The translations under genes were made by a program, and so were the position numbers. This document shows, piece after piece, positions 19,001-29,473 of a stretch of DNA of 64,000 nt. The notes beneath the pieces were generated by a model. That model had not been told where the DNA came from, did not search any database, and worked only from the letters and a program-made list of their open reading frames with translations. How positions within the stretch are numbered: the first letter of the stretch is position 1; each line of letters opens with the position of its first letter. The DNA lies in contig POWB01000024.1 of assembly GCA_010912705.1 (NCBI GenBank), forward strand, positions 7,778 through 71,777, read 5' to 3'. Origin of the DNA: Halochromatium sp. (GTDB lineage: Bacteria > Pseudomonadota > Gammaproteobacteria > Chromatiales > Chromatiaceae).

Positions 19001-20041
19001 TTGGCTCGTTGGCAGCATCCGGAGCGAGGCCTGTTACCTCCGGGTGATTTCTTGCCTGTCATCGATGGCACCTCACTGGAGATCGCACTCGATGAGTGGG
19101 TGATACACACTGCGCTGAACCAGCATATGCGTTGGCGAGAGCAAGGCCTCCTGTTGCCGGTGAGCGTCAATATCAGCCCGCGGCATATTCAACAACAAAG
19201 CTTCCCCGATTTCTTGGCTCGGCGACTGTCTGAGTATCCCACTGATGTCGCCAGACATCTCGAGCTTGAAGTGCTGGAAACAAGCTCGATCGATGATACG
19301 GCGCGCGTCTCAGAGGTGATGAATGCCTGCACCAAGCTAGGCGTTCATTTTTCGCTCGATGACTTTGGGACTGGCTATTCCTCGCTGACCTATTTTCATC
19401 GCCTGCCGATCAATATCCTCAAGATCGATCAGCATTTCGTGCGTAACATGCTGACCGACCCAGGGGATCAGAATATCGTTGAAGGTGTGCTCCGTTTGGC
19501 TGACGCCTTGAAGCGTCCCGTCGTCGCCGAAGGGGTAGAGAGCTTCGAGATCGGTTTCATGCTCATGCAGCTCGGCTGCCGCTATGCCCAAGGTTATGGA
19601 ATCGCAAAACCCATGCCGGCAGAGCGCGTCGCCGACTGGGCCGCTGAATGGACGACGAACAGCTTGTGGCGTGACCTCCAGCATCAAATCCAAGGCCTGA
19701 CGCCATACTACGATCTCAACGTCGCGGTCTATGCGCACCGCTATTGGCTCACCCAATTCAAGGCGTTCTTGGCCTCAGGGTTGACCACCGAATGCCCGAT
19801 GCTCGATGCGGGCGCCTGCCAGTTCGAGCGCTGGTATCAAGGCATTGGCCTGTTCCGATACGGGATGCGTTCGCGCTATGCCTTCATCCAGGCCAAGCAC
19901 ATGGCCGTGCATGCGCTCGCCGCTGAGATCGTCAACCTCGCGGAGCATCAAGGCTTGGAAAAGGCACGCGCGAGACTCGATGAGCTGGATGCGCTCGCCG
20001 AAGCATTGACGGCGCAGTTGCTGCAGCTCGGCGAGGCCTGA
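16028..20041 (+). CDS. Membrane Cache-like/PAS/PAS/GAF diguanylate cyclase-phosphodiesterase (GGDEF-EAL) with C-terminal CZB domain
   Basis: Two TMs; PAS-PAC motifs (GIGHDITKRK); IGGDEF; VEALARW; SLDDFGTGYSSL; C-terminal HRYW...CQFERWY...KHMAVH. Confidence 0.92.
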   Translation: MMNHPFAEKIKLQVLFRTLISLVIISVVLTLAIGVPLYLDLKEKGSQEVDFTIATKAAAINQFVARLVTVAEQVTSRTQIRNKLAEFNAGQVSKQDLIAFTKPKLLDAVQKADDVLGITRLDENGEVAVSVGLPLPDRWLKAFDKHQLSPRVYEPITLDGQEIIMVASPIIDRDQHALGDDIVLFDAQHLRALAQDASDLGQTAELLLLYPDAQALRPLFQDRGDLDTDGCLKHLSDDVLAGRFSNHQLAHPACADCVIAIRPIDQTRWVLIFRVDRAELNAILNRTLERLFLMAVLILIAGLIGNYLLTSPLLRRLHDELNTRQRMVDELERSSSELRESKAALEEDIEQRKRLEKRLYQEHETLERESGFLKGLIQALPDLIWLKDPDGIYLACNSEFEQFFCAQESEIIGKTDYDFVAREVGDLFRKHDKKAMAAGGPTVNEEWVSYARDGRRVLLETTKTPMLDAQGRIMGVLGIGHDITKRKRTEQAILEISQRYEAVLASTLDGFWLTDAQGKILEVNDAYCRYSGYSRHELLHLNIWDLDVMDPSEDVKRRIEKIVREGGDIFEAQHRRKDGSQWPVEVSVSYAPLQGGRLFSFVRDISDRYRETRLAELRHALSEMVYKDDQQRLLQAALDTAEEITGSEIGFFHFVEQDQETLSLQAWSKKTLATMCYAEGKGLHYPISQAGVWVDCIHQRAPVIHNDYAALPHKKGMPDGHAQLVRELTVPVFRDEQIVAVIGVGNKPVDYDDRDIACISRLADMSFDFVERKRAEDQIQFMAYNDLLTGLPNRQLLADRLTQHIHRSRRSHQRLAVCYMDLDNFKPINERYGHKLGDLLLVAIASRLQSDLREGDTLARIGGDEFVVLFTELGSIYQSQKMTRRLLELVVQPFDIKGHRVHVSASVGVTIFPEDDADPDTLLRHADQAMHRAKAGGKNTCRLFDPIQQQTVHDQQKALEDFDQALDQGQLRLYYQPRIDLHTGVLASVEALARWQHPERGLLPPGDFLPVIDGTSLEIALDEWVIHTALNQHMRWREQGLLLPVSVNISPRHIQQQSFPDFLARRLSEYPTDVARHLELEVLETSSIDDTARVSEVMNACTKLGVHFSLDDFGTGYSSLTYFHRLPINILKIDQHFVRNMLTDPGDQNIVEGVLRLADALKRPVVAEGVESFEIGFMLMQLGCRYAQGYGIAKPMPAERVADWAAEWTTNSLWRDLQHQIQGLTPYYDLNVAVYAHRYWLTQFKAFLASGLTTECPMLDAGACQFERWYQGIGLFRYGMRSRYAFIQAKHMAVHALAAEIVNLAEHQGLEKARARLDELDALAEALTAQLLQLGEA

Positions 20042-20109
20042 AGGAACCTGCGCCGGTGATGCTATTGCGCGGTGGGATGTGGCGAAAATAGACGAAAAAG
20101 GCTAAAGAT

Positions 20110-21779
20110 TCAGCGCTCAGCTGGCTCAATCGCCAGGCAAGGAGCCTCGGGTGCGAGGTTTCGATCGCAGATGCGGCCTTCCACGCTGGGGTCGATGCCC
20201 GCCGCGTTGGCCTCCAGTAAAGCCGCGACCACGAGATCAACGAGGTCCGGCGTCGCGGCCTTTGGATTGACGATCTGCGCCTTGCTCAGCATCCGGTAGC
20301 CGTCTTGATCGCCGATGCTTGGATCGAGCAAGAATCCGCTGGTGACGACCAAGAGCGTTTCGTCCTGTTCGATGGCGCGCGGCCCATCCGGCTCGAGCAG
20401 GGTCAAGGCGCCGATTCGGCCATGCGCGCTGTCGTGCTCAAACGCGAGTCCCGCGACCTGCAACTAGCGGCCATGCCCGGGCCAGCCGTTGATCGATTGT
20501 TGCAGCACCTGGCGCAGCGTCTCGCCGGAGATGCGAATCATGAACAGTGGGCTGGGAAAGGCAAACAGCTCGGCCAGGTGAGCCCGGGTGATCTCGGTAC
20601 CGGCGGGTAGATCCTGGTTCAGACGCAGACTGCCGGCGTTGATCAGGGCGATCTGCGCACCTTGGTCACGAAAGGCAGCCAGGGCCTGATCGGTGACCCA
20701 ATCGCCCAAATTGGTTTCCAGGCTGCGGATTTGCAGCTCCTCGCCGATCAGCTTGACGGCGGTGCGGCCCAAGGGCTTGGTGAGACAGTTGGGCGCATCG
20801 TTCTGCTCGGCGCAGAACGCCCGCTGAAAGCGCGCCAGCCACTGTCGGGCCGATGCCTGGGTCTCGGCATCTGGGGCAACCTGCTGGTCCAGCTGGCGAA
20901 ACTCGAATGTGACGGTTGGCCGACCGCTCGCCGGCACCGCGATCCGAGCGACGGTTGCAGTGCGGGCGTCAGCATCGGCCTTGATCACCCATCGACCATC
21001 GACCTCAGCGCTCTGGCGGAAGTGCTCATGGCCACCGATGATCAGATCCGGCCCGCGCTCGCCGAGCTGCTCGAGCAAATGGCGGTCGACGGCCATCGAC
21101 AGATGCGTCAGCCCAATCACCAGCTCTGCGCCGCGCGCGCGCAAGGAGGCACTGCGCTCGCGCGCGACCGCTAGCGGATCATGGATGGCGCTAACATACT
21201 CGGGCATCAGCACATCCGTGGTGAGCCCGAAGAGTCCGACCTTGACCCCGTTGACATCGATGAGTACATCAGGCCGCAGATGATGCGCACGAATCATCGG
21301 CTCGCCATCGTCGCCGGGCGCAAACTCGACATTGGAATTCACCCAGTTGAAACCGGACTCGGCGACTCGGGCGGCGAGAATCGGGGCTTGCTCGATCTTA
21401 GACTTCTCGAATTCATGATTGCCGAAGGCCACGAATAGGTGATCATCGAAGGCGTTCGGATCGCCATCCAGGCGGTTGAGCATGTCGATCATCTGGGCGC
21501 CGAGATAGCGTCGGCTCAGCATCGACGGAAACAGCAGATCATCGGCTGTAGCAGTAGCAGGTTGGGGTCTTCCCGCTCCAGCTCCCGGCGCAGGCTGCGG
21601 ACGCGGGCGATGCCGCCGCTGGCGCCCTCGTCGACGCCGTCGATGCGGTAGACATCGTTGATCGCGAGCACCGAGACCTGGCGGACCCAAGGCTGACTGG
21701 CCGGCTCGGTGCCGAAGCCCTGGCTCGGCAGTGCCAGCCCCATCAGGGTGATGAACAGAAGCGGGAGCCATCGTTGCAT
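20110..21779 (-). pseudogene. Bifunctional metallophosphatase/5'-nucleotidase, disrupted
   Basis: Signal peptide and LAINDVY..GGIARV in one frame; a frameshift near 21547 continues as DLLFPS, FGNHEF, IGLTHL, IIGGHEH, ETNLGDW, INAGSLR; in-frame TAG at 20464-20466, then LQVAG continues. Confidence 0.88.
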
Positions 21780-22083
21780 GGATGCTTTCACCTGATTGGG
21801 TTATCTGAGTGCGCTATCTGATCGAGCGACCTGATTGGGCGCTGCGCTGGCCGCGATAGGCGCCGGCAATGCCACAGGCAATGCAGTAGCCAGGTACGAT
21901 ACCATTGAAATCCTAGCGGACAGGTTGAAACCGGAAGCGAAAGCGCGACCATCGCGCGGCGCCCCGAGCAGGTCGGTGCCATGCTGTCCGGGAGCGATCC
22001 GGAGACCCATCTAAGATGCGTTGGTCATCCAGATCTAGAAGACGACCGGCAGCCGCAATGAAAGGACGAGCACAGCAAGGTGA

Positions 22084-22461
22084 ATGATGTTGCAGATCTT
22101 GGCAATTGCTAGCGGCGGGGCGCTTGGTGCCCTGGCGCGGTTTGGCGTCTCAACCGGTGTCTATCGGCTCTTCGGTCGCGACTTTCCCTGGGGAACCCTG
22201 GCCGTGAATGGGCTGGGCTCCTATGCGATGGGACTCTTATTCGTGCTCTTTCTCGAGCGCGGGCTGGTGGCGCCAGAGCTGCGTGCTGCGGTGTTGATCG
22301 GCTTTCTGGGCTCGTTCACCACCTTCTCGACCTTCTCGCTCGAGACGCTTACGCTGGTAGAGCAAGGTGAGGCGGTGCGGGCATTGCTCAACGTTGCCGG
22401 TAGCCTGCTGCTCTGTCTCGGGGCCTGCTGGGCCGGTATCATCAGTGCGAGGCTGTTATGA
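22084..22461 (+). CDS. crcB: Fluoride efflux channel CrcB/FluC
   Basis: GGALGALAR, FPWGTLAVN, GFLGSFTTFSTFS. Confidence 0.95.
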   Translation: MMLQILAIASGGALGALARFGVSTGVYRLFGRDFPWGTLAVNGLGSYAMGLLFVLFLERGLVAPELRAAVLIGFLGSFTTFSTFSLETLTLVEQGEAVRALLNVAGSLLLCLGACWAGIISARLL

Positions 22462-22889
22462 CGAAGCCTGGGGTTGCTCATCAGCAGGAGACCGTCAAGG
22501 CTGTGGGTGCTGGGTCTAAATCTGGATCAGATCCTGCGGCTGAGTGCGAGCACGGCCTAATCTGGGCGACCATGGTCAGGGTGTATCTGACCGAATCAGA
22601 TCATGGCCTGAAGCCACTGCTGAAATGCCTGCACGATGAGCTTGGCGTGCTGGGTGCGACGGTGACCCGCGGTGTCGCCGGGTTTGGCGCTTCGGGCGTG
22701 GTCCACAGCGCCGGCTTAGTGGATCTGTCGACCGACCTGCCGCTGGTGCTGGAGTTCTTCGATCGGCCCGACCGCGCGCGAGTTGCGATTGAGCGCATCA
22801 AAGATTTCGTCGAACCGGGCCATGTGGTCTCCTGGCGTGTCAGCGTCGAATGCGATGACTCTGTGCCGGTGACAACTCATCCACGTTAA
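22458..22889 (+). CDS. DUF190 (PII-like) protein
   Basis: GATVTRGVAGFG...DLSTDLPLVLEFFD; ATGA overlap with crcB, its usual neighbour. Confidence 0.85.
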   Translation: MTKPGVAHQQETVKAVGAGSKSGSDPAAECEHGLIWATMVRVYLTESDHGLKPLLKCLHDELGVLGATVTRGVAGFGASGVVHSAGLVDLSTDLPLVLEFFDRPDRARVAIERIKDFVEPGHVVSWRVSVECDDSVPVTTHPR

Positions 22890-23025
22890 TCCTGATTGCT
22901 ACAGGTTATTGTTCCGTGCCTCTTGCCGCAACCTGTCGCCCAGAATGAGGAATCCGTTGCTTTAGGACGGTTTCAACAACAGTCTTTCACTGAATGCGCG
23001 CCCTTTGCCGGCGCGCTCGCGATGA

Positions 23026-24327
<1,302 letters not shown>

Positions 24328-24372
24328 TGCCCTTACGTCTGCTGATTTGCCATCATTGACCGGAGTGGCGCC

Positions 24373-24756
24373 ATGAAAGATCCCATCCCACCCTTGCCAT
24401 CGACATCCCAGTCATCAAACCCTAATCCGTCGACCTCCAACGCCCAGATCGTCTATATCCTCTATCTGGTCAGCCTGGTGGTTGGCGTCACCGGTATCGT
24501 TGGCGTGATCATGGCCTATGTGTATCGGGACACGGCGCCAGATTGGCTGCGCAGCCATTATCGGTTTCAGATCCGCACCTTCTGGATCGGGCTGCTCTAT
24601 GTCGTCTTAGGCATGTTGCTCAGTGTGGTGTTGGTCGGTTTCTTGCTGCTGTTGTTCTGGCTGATCTGGCTCATCCTGCGCTGCGTCAAGGGCCTGCAGC
24701 AGCTCGAGCGTCGTGAGCCGATCAGCGATGTCGAGACCTGGCTGTGGCCGAAATAG
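24373..24756 (+). CDS. DUF4870-like small membrane protein
   Basis: IVYILYL...GVIMAYV...WLRSHYRFQIRTFW; three hydrophobic segments. Confidence 0.8.
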   Translation: MKDPIPPLPSTSQSSNPNPSTSNAQIVYILYLVSLVVGVTGIVGVIMAYVYRDTAPDWLRSHYRFQIRTFWIGLLYVVLGMLLSVVLVGFLLLLFWLIWLILRCVKGLQQLERREPISDVETWLWPK

Positions 24757-24759
24757 CGC

Positions 24760-25047
24760 ATGCCCCGCAAACAACTCCCCATCGGCATCCAAACCTTCAG
24801 CGAGATCCGCGAAGACGATTACTACTACGTCGACAAGACCGGCTTCGCGCTGCGGCTGATCGAGGCGGGCAAGTACTACTTCCTCTCCCGCCCGCGCCGC
24901 TTCGGTAAGAGCCTGTTCCTGGATACGCTCGCGGAGCTGTTCTGCGGCCATCAAGCCTTGTTCAAAGGGCTTGAGGTGGATCACCAGTGGGATTGGTCTC
25001 ATGCCTACCCAGTCATCAGGCTCAGCTTTGCCGACGGCGGTCTATGA
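24760..25047 (+). pseudogene. N-terminal fragment of an AAA-ATPase-like / PD-(D/E)XK nuclease protein
   Basis: LPIGIQTF..IR...YYYVDKT...FLSRPRRFGKSL; ends after 95 aa, far shorter than this family. Confidence 0.85.
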
Positions 25048-25360
25048 GATCGAGCTGCGCGAGCGCATGGTGCGGGTGGAAGAAGAGCTCAAGCACCAGC
25101 GCGAGTTGATGCGCCAGGGCTTCGAGCGCATGGACGAGCGCTTCGAGGCAATGCGCGAGGATATGGATAAGCGCTTCGGCCAAGTCGACAAGCGTTTCGA
25201 GCAGTTTGAGAGGCGTTTCGAGCAAATCGACAAGCGTTTCGAACAGGTCGACAAGCGCTTCGATGAGATGTTGAAGCGCCATGATCAGCAGTTTTTCTGG
25301 CTGCTTGGCTTCATCGCCACTGGCGTCGGCCTGGTCATCACAGCCTTGAAGTATCTCTAG
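25040..25360 (+). pseudogene. 5'-truncated heptad-repeat coiled-coil protein with C-terminal TM (DUF1640-like)
   Basis: VYEIELRERMVRVEEELKHQRELM, then (V/I)DKRFEQ heptads and a hydrophobic C-terminus; lacks its own 5' end (possible restart at ATG 25067). Confidence 0.65.
25130..25270 (+). repeat. Degenerate 21-bp coding repeats (GTCGACAAGCGTTTCGAGCAG-like)
   Basis: Imperfect tandem units encoding DKRFEQ heptads. Confidence 0.8.
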
Positions 25361-25479
25361 GCTTCTGCCGTCCGTCGTGCTGATCTCGTCTGAACCTGGC
25401 ACACTTTCGCCACGCCAGCCCATCCACTTCCCCATCCATTCCGCCCAGCAACCACATTCGTTCGGCGGACTGAGCCCGC

Positions 25480-25779
25480 TTGAACAACGGAGAAGCATCA
25501 TGCCCGTCGATGATTTTCACCGCCCTGACCGTTCCATTGATCAATCCGCACGCCGGAGCCGAACCACCGTTGATCAGCTCGCGCCGCCGCGCCGACAGCG
25601 GCCATGGCGGCGCCTGCGGCAGCATCAGCTCCAATTATCGATTCGATCCCGTCGAGAAGCGCTACAGACTGACCGAGATCACCGCCTTTGATGTTGATGA
25701 CGGGCGCTGCTTCGAGTACCGATATCGCTACGCCAATGGCCGCAAGACGCTGATTGACCGGAGAGAGCACCGCGAATGA
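25480..25779 (+). CDS. Hypothetical protein or gene fragment
   Basis: 3' half looks coding (NYRFDPVEKRYRLTEITAFDVDDGRCFEYRY); start uncertain. Confidence 0.3.
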   Translation: MNNGEASCPSMIFTALTVPLINPHAGAEPPLISSRRRADSGHGGACGSISSNYRFDPVEKRYRLTEITAFDVDDGRCFEYRYRYANGRKTLIDRREHRE

Positions 25780-25836
25780 TCCATCTCCTCGTGCATCCCC
25801 TTGACATCCCCCAAGCGGCCAATAAAGCCGGGCAAT

Positions 25837-26160
25837 TCAGATAAGCGCATCCAAGCCCTTTCGCTCGAGCAGATTCAGTAGCTTTTGTGAAGGGCCGCTC
25901 GGATGTTTGTCGCCCTGCTCCCACTGGCGCACGGCAGAGGCGCTGGTATTCAACAGCGAGGCAAGCACCGTTTGGCTTAACCGATAACGCTCGCGTAACC
26001 CTCGGATGCGCTCGGCGTCGTAATCAGGGATCGCCTTGAGGCATAACGCATCGTACTCGCGCATGCGCCGCTGATCGATGAACCCGAGTTGGTGAAGATC
26101 GGCTGCGCTTTCATGCACAGCATTCAGGATGGGGCGATCGTCTCGTGTTTTAGTGCTCAC
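25837..26160 (-). CDS. XRE-HTH antitoxin (HigA-2/YiaG-like)
   Basis: GTG 26160; ILNAVHESAADL..G.ID...MREYD; IRGLRERYRLSQ..LA..LN...SAVRQWEQG.K.PSGPS.KLL. Confidence 0.88.
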   Translation of the reverse strand: MSTKTRDDRPILNAVHESAADLHQLGFIDQRRMREYDALCLKAIPDYDAERIRGLRERYRLSQTVLASLLNTSASAVRQWEQGDKHPSGPSQKLLNLLERKGLDALI

Positions 26161-26488
26161 GGCAAATCTTTTCGAGTGCTCCGGTTGCAAGGGCTTGGTC
26201 AAGCTCCGCGTTGCTGCGCGCGAGCCAATCCTGAGCGAGCGCCTGTAGCGCCTCTTTTTCATCTGCACGGATATTGGCGCGCGCATTTTTCTCGAAACCG
26301 AACAGGAACAACCACCGAGTGTCCTTGTTCGTGGCGACCAGGGTTCTGCTGCCTCCGCGCTTACCACGTCCAGCAACGGCGACCCATTTCTTGAGGACGC
26401 CAGCGCCCAGGTCAGCATCAATCAGTCCCTTTTGCATCTCTTGCACCGCCAGACAGCGCATCTCATCGGTCAAGGCAGTTTTGCGCAT
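26150..26488 (-). CDS. RelE/ParE (HigB-2-like) toxin, probably N-terminally truncated
   Basis: GLIDADLG.GVLKK.VA..GRGKRGGSR...FLFGFEKN.RANI; in-frame TAG immediately before YSRW-MRK. Confidence 0.8.
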   Translation of the reverse strand: MRKTALTDEMRCLAVQEMQKGLIDADLGAGVLKKWVAVAGRGKRGGSRTLVATNKDTRWLFLFGFEKNARANIRADEKEALQALAQDWLARSNAELDQALATGALEKICREH

Positions 26489-26571
26489 CCAGCGACTGTA
26501 CTACTTTGTGGTAGTGTTTTCGAGGTATTCAACCGGTGTCTCATGTGAGTAGAACTGTTCCCGGAGCCGCA

Positions 26572-27735
26572 ATGATGACAAGTCGCCTCGCCGAGCGCAT
26601 GGCGCTGATCCAGCCCTTTCATGTGATGGAGGTGCTGGCCAAGGCGCAGGCGCTGGAGCAGGCGGGGCGGGATGTGATCCACCTCGAGATTGGCGAGCCG
26701 GATTTCCCGACCCCGGAGCCGATCCTGGCGCGTGCACAGGCGGCGCTTGAGGCTGGCCAGACCCGCTACACCGCCGCGCTCGGCCTGCCGGAACTGCGCG
26801 CGCGGATCGCGGCTGAGTATCCCGTCGCGGCGCGTCCGAACCCGCAGCGCGTGGCGCTAGTGCCGGGCTCATCGGCGGCGTTACTGGTGACCTTCGCACT
26901 GTTGCTCGATCCGGGCGATGAGGTGCTGCTGGCCGATCCAGGCTATCCCTGCAATGCCAACTTCATTCAGCTCTTCGGCGGGGTGCCGGTGCGCATTCCC
27001 TGTGATCCTGAGACCGCCTATCAACTCACACCCGAGCTGATCCGCTCGCACTGGACCACGCGCACCCGCGCGGTACTGCTCGGCTCGCCGGCGAATCCGA
27101 CCGGCAGTGTGATTGCGCCCGAGCAGATGAGCGCCATCGTCGATGCGGTGCGTCGGCTCGGCGGAACCCTAGTCGTCGACGAGATCTACCACGGCCTGGT
27201 CTACGACACCCCCGTGCGCAGCGCCCTGCACGACGGCGACGACCTCTTCGTGATCAACAGCTTCTCGAAGTTCTACGGCATGACCGGCTGGCGGCTCGGC
27301 TGGCTGGTCGCACCCGAAGCCTATGGCGATGCGGTCACCCGGCTCTGTCAGAACCTGTTCATCTCAGCGCCGACCCTCTCTCAGTATGCCGCGCTCGCGG
27401 CCTTCGAGCCGGCGACCCTGGCGGAGCTAGAACGGCGACGCCAAGCGTTCCAGGAGCGCCGCGACTTCCTGGTGCCGGCACTATGCCAGCTCGGTTTTCA
27501 GATCCCGCAACGACCGGCCGGTGCCTTCTATGTCTATGCCGATGTGAGCGCGCTCACCGACGACAGTCAGCGCTTTGCCGAAGAGGTGCTCGAGCAGACA
27601 GGCGTCGCGATCACCCCTGGGCGGGATTTCGGCAACTACCGCCAAGCTGAGCATCTGCGCTTCTCCTATGCCGCTCCGCTTGGGCGACTGCAAGAGGCGG
27701 CCGAGCGACTTCGCCAGTGGCTTGGGTGTCGCTGA
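26572..27735 (+). CDS. PLP-dependent aminotransferase class I/II
   Basis: HLEIGEPDF, YT.ALGLPELR, SPANPTG, DEIYHGL, NSFSKFYGMTGWRLGW. Confidence 0.93.
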   Translation: MMTSRLAERMALIQPFHVMEVLAKAQALEQAGRDVIHLEIGEPDFPTPEPILARAQAALEAGQTRYTAALGLPELRARIAAEYPVAARPNPQRVALVPGSSAALLVTFALLLDPGDEVLLADPGYPCNANFIQLFGGVPVRIPCDPETAYQLTPELIRSHWTTRTRAVLLGSPANPTGSVIAPEQMSAIVDAVRRLGGTLVVDEIYHGLVYDTPVRSALHDGDDLFVINSFSKFYGMTGWRLGWLVAPEAYGDAVTRLCQNLFISAPTLSQYAALAAFEPATLAELERRRQAFQERRDFLVPALCQLGFQIPQRPAGAFYVYADVSALTDDSQRFAEEVLEQTGVAITPGRDFGNYRQAEHLRFSYAAPLGRLQEAAERLRQWLGCR

Positions 27736-27745
27736 TCCTGGGCTT

Positions 27746-29329
27746 TCAGACATTACAAACGAGACTAATGCGATTCTTGCCCTCGCGCTTGGCTTGATAC
27801 ATGGCGTCATCGGCCAATCGCATCAGTGTCTCAGGATCAGCAGTATCATCTGGCCAGAGGGCGAGCCCGATACTGGCACCAACGCGCATCTCGTTCCAAG
27901 ACAGGGACTCGATATGGACGCGCAACTTTTCCGCAACCCTCTGCGCCGCGGCCAGATCATCGATCTCTGCGAGTAAGACGACAAACTCATCGCCGCCCTG
28001 GCGGGCCGCAAGATCGGAGGTGCGGCAGTTCGATCTCAGGACCTGTGCAACATCGATAAGCACTTGGTCGCCGGTCTTGTGGCCGCAATGATCATTGATG
28101 GCCTTGAAGCCGTCGAGGTCCAAGAAGAGCAGCGCAAAGCGGCGCGCGTGACGTTTCGCACGCTCGGCCTCTTGCAGCAGGCGCTCCTCGAAGGTCACAC
28201 GATTAGCCAGGCCGGTGAGGTGATCGAAGCGCGCTAAGGCCTCGAGATTGGCACGGTGACGACGGCGTTCAGCAGCCAGGATCAGCCAGGCCCAGGTGCC
28301 GATAGCGAGCAGCGCCAAGACCAGGGTGCCGATGATCAGGGCCTGCAAGAGGGCATCATGACGCCAACCCTTGATCAGGGCCTGGGGTACATGGGAGACC
28401 AGTATCCAGCGATAGCCCATGCCCGAGTCTGTTTCAGTTTGCTGGTCGCGGCGCTTAAAGCAGCCTCTGAGACCCGCCAACGGATAATAGTTCTCGAAGG
28501 TGAAGAGTCCATCGGCGACATAGATGGCACCTTTGGCCTCCTGATTGATGTGCGCCCAGACCTGCGGATAGCGCACAGCCATGCGCTCGTCTGAGCGCTC
28601 TGCGAACATGAAGCCCCAGCCGGGAGGCGGATTCGGCGTGACCAGCCAGTAGCCGGCATTATTGAGCATCATCGGTTGCCCGACACTGACGATGCCAGTG
28701 GCCTTGACTTGGTCGAGCATGCGCTGGGCCATGACGTTGATCAGCACGATGCCGCGCTTCTGTCCCTCGGCATCGGTCACCGGAGTACCGACTCGGATCA
28801 TCGGCTTGAAGGGCTTTTCGATGGCACCATGCTCGATATTGAGATCTAAGGGCGAGACATAGATCTGCCCCGGCTTGAGCGCTAGGGTTTCGCTGAAATA
28901 GTAGCGGTTCGACTTATCTTGTAGCGCGGACGTGGAGACGATGCTTGGGCTGCCGCGGTTGTCATTGACGCGAACGAGTTCCTGCCCGCGCTCATTCAGG
29001 AAGCGGATCTGGTCATAATCGCCGGCGTTGCGTGCGAGCGCCAGATACTCAGCAGCCATGGCCAATCGGGCCTGCTGCTGGTCTTTGAGAAGCAGCTGGC
29101 TAAGCTCGTTCTGTTGTGCGAGTACGCAGAGGTCGGTTGCAACGGCTTGGAGCCCGGTCTTAACCGCCTCGTGTTGCAGATCAACGGCAAAGCGCTCGCT
29201 GCGCTCAACCGCCTCAAGGCGGTTGGTGATCGACCAGAGCGCATGCGCACCGAGGCCGCCGATTGGCAACAGTGCCAATAGCGGAAAGATGAGGAGGAAG
29301 GCGCGCCAGGGGCTAGTGTCTCGGGTCAT
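27746..29329 (-). CDS. Cache-sensor diguanylate cyclase
   Basis: Two TMs; YDQIRFL...LQDKSNRYYF...YVSPLDLNIE; DHLTGLANR; GGDEF. Confidence 0.92.
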   Translation of the reverse strand: MTRDTSPWRAFLLIFPLLALLPIGGLGAHALWSITNRLEAVERSERFAVDLQHEAVKTGLQAVATDLCVLAQQNELSQLLLKDQQQARLAMAAEYLALARNAGDYDQIRFLNERGQELVRVNDNRGSPSIVSTSALQDKSNRYYFSETLALKPGQIYVSPLDLNIEHGAIEKPFKPMIRVGTPVTDAEGQKRGIVLINVMAQRMLDQVKATGIVSVGQPMMLNNAGYWLVTPNPPPGWGFMFAERSDERMAVRYPQVWAHINQEAKGAIYVADGLFTFENYYPLAGLRGCFKRRDQQTETDSGMGYRWILVSHVPQALIKGWRHDALLQALIIGTLVLALLAIGTWAWLILAAERRRHRANLEALARFDHLTGLANRVTFEERLLQEAERAKRHARRFALLFLDLDGFKAINDHCGHKTGDQVLIDVAQVLRSNCRTSDLAARQGGDEFVVLLAEIDDLAAAQRVAEKLRVHIESLSWNEMRVGASIGLALWPDDTADPETLMRLADDAMYQAKREGKNRISLVCNV

Positions 29330-29473
29330 GCCCGAATACTAGCCGAAATGCCGTATTAGCGCTTGGGCTTGTGCCTGCGCTGGCAGGTCCGATCGCTTTT
29401 ATGCTGCTTGCTTATGCTGCCACTGGTGTTGCTGCTTATGCTGCCACTCGTGCTGCTCGCCGTAGCGGCCCCT

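Noticed and set aside
21790-22083. Fluoride riboswitch upstream of crcB
   Set aside because: No GGCGATGG...TGATG-type consensus or pseudoknot is visible.
29398-29460. Direct repeats GCTTATGCTGCCACT between degQ and the cyclase gene
   Set aside because: Only two to three short imperfect copies; most likely a slippage duplication.
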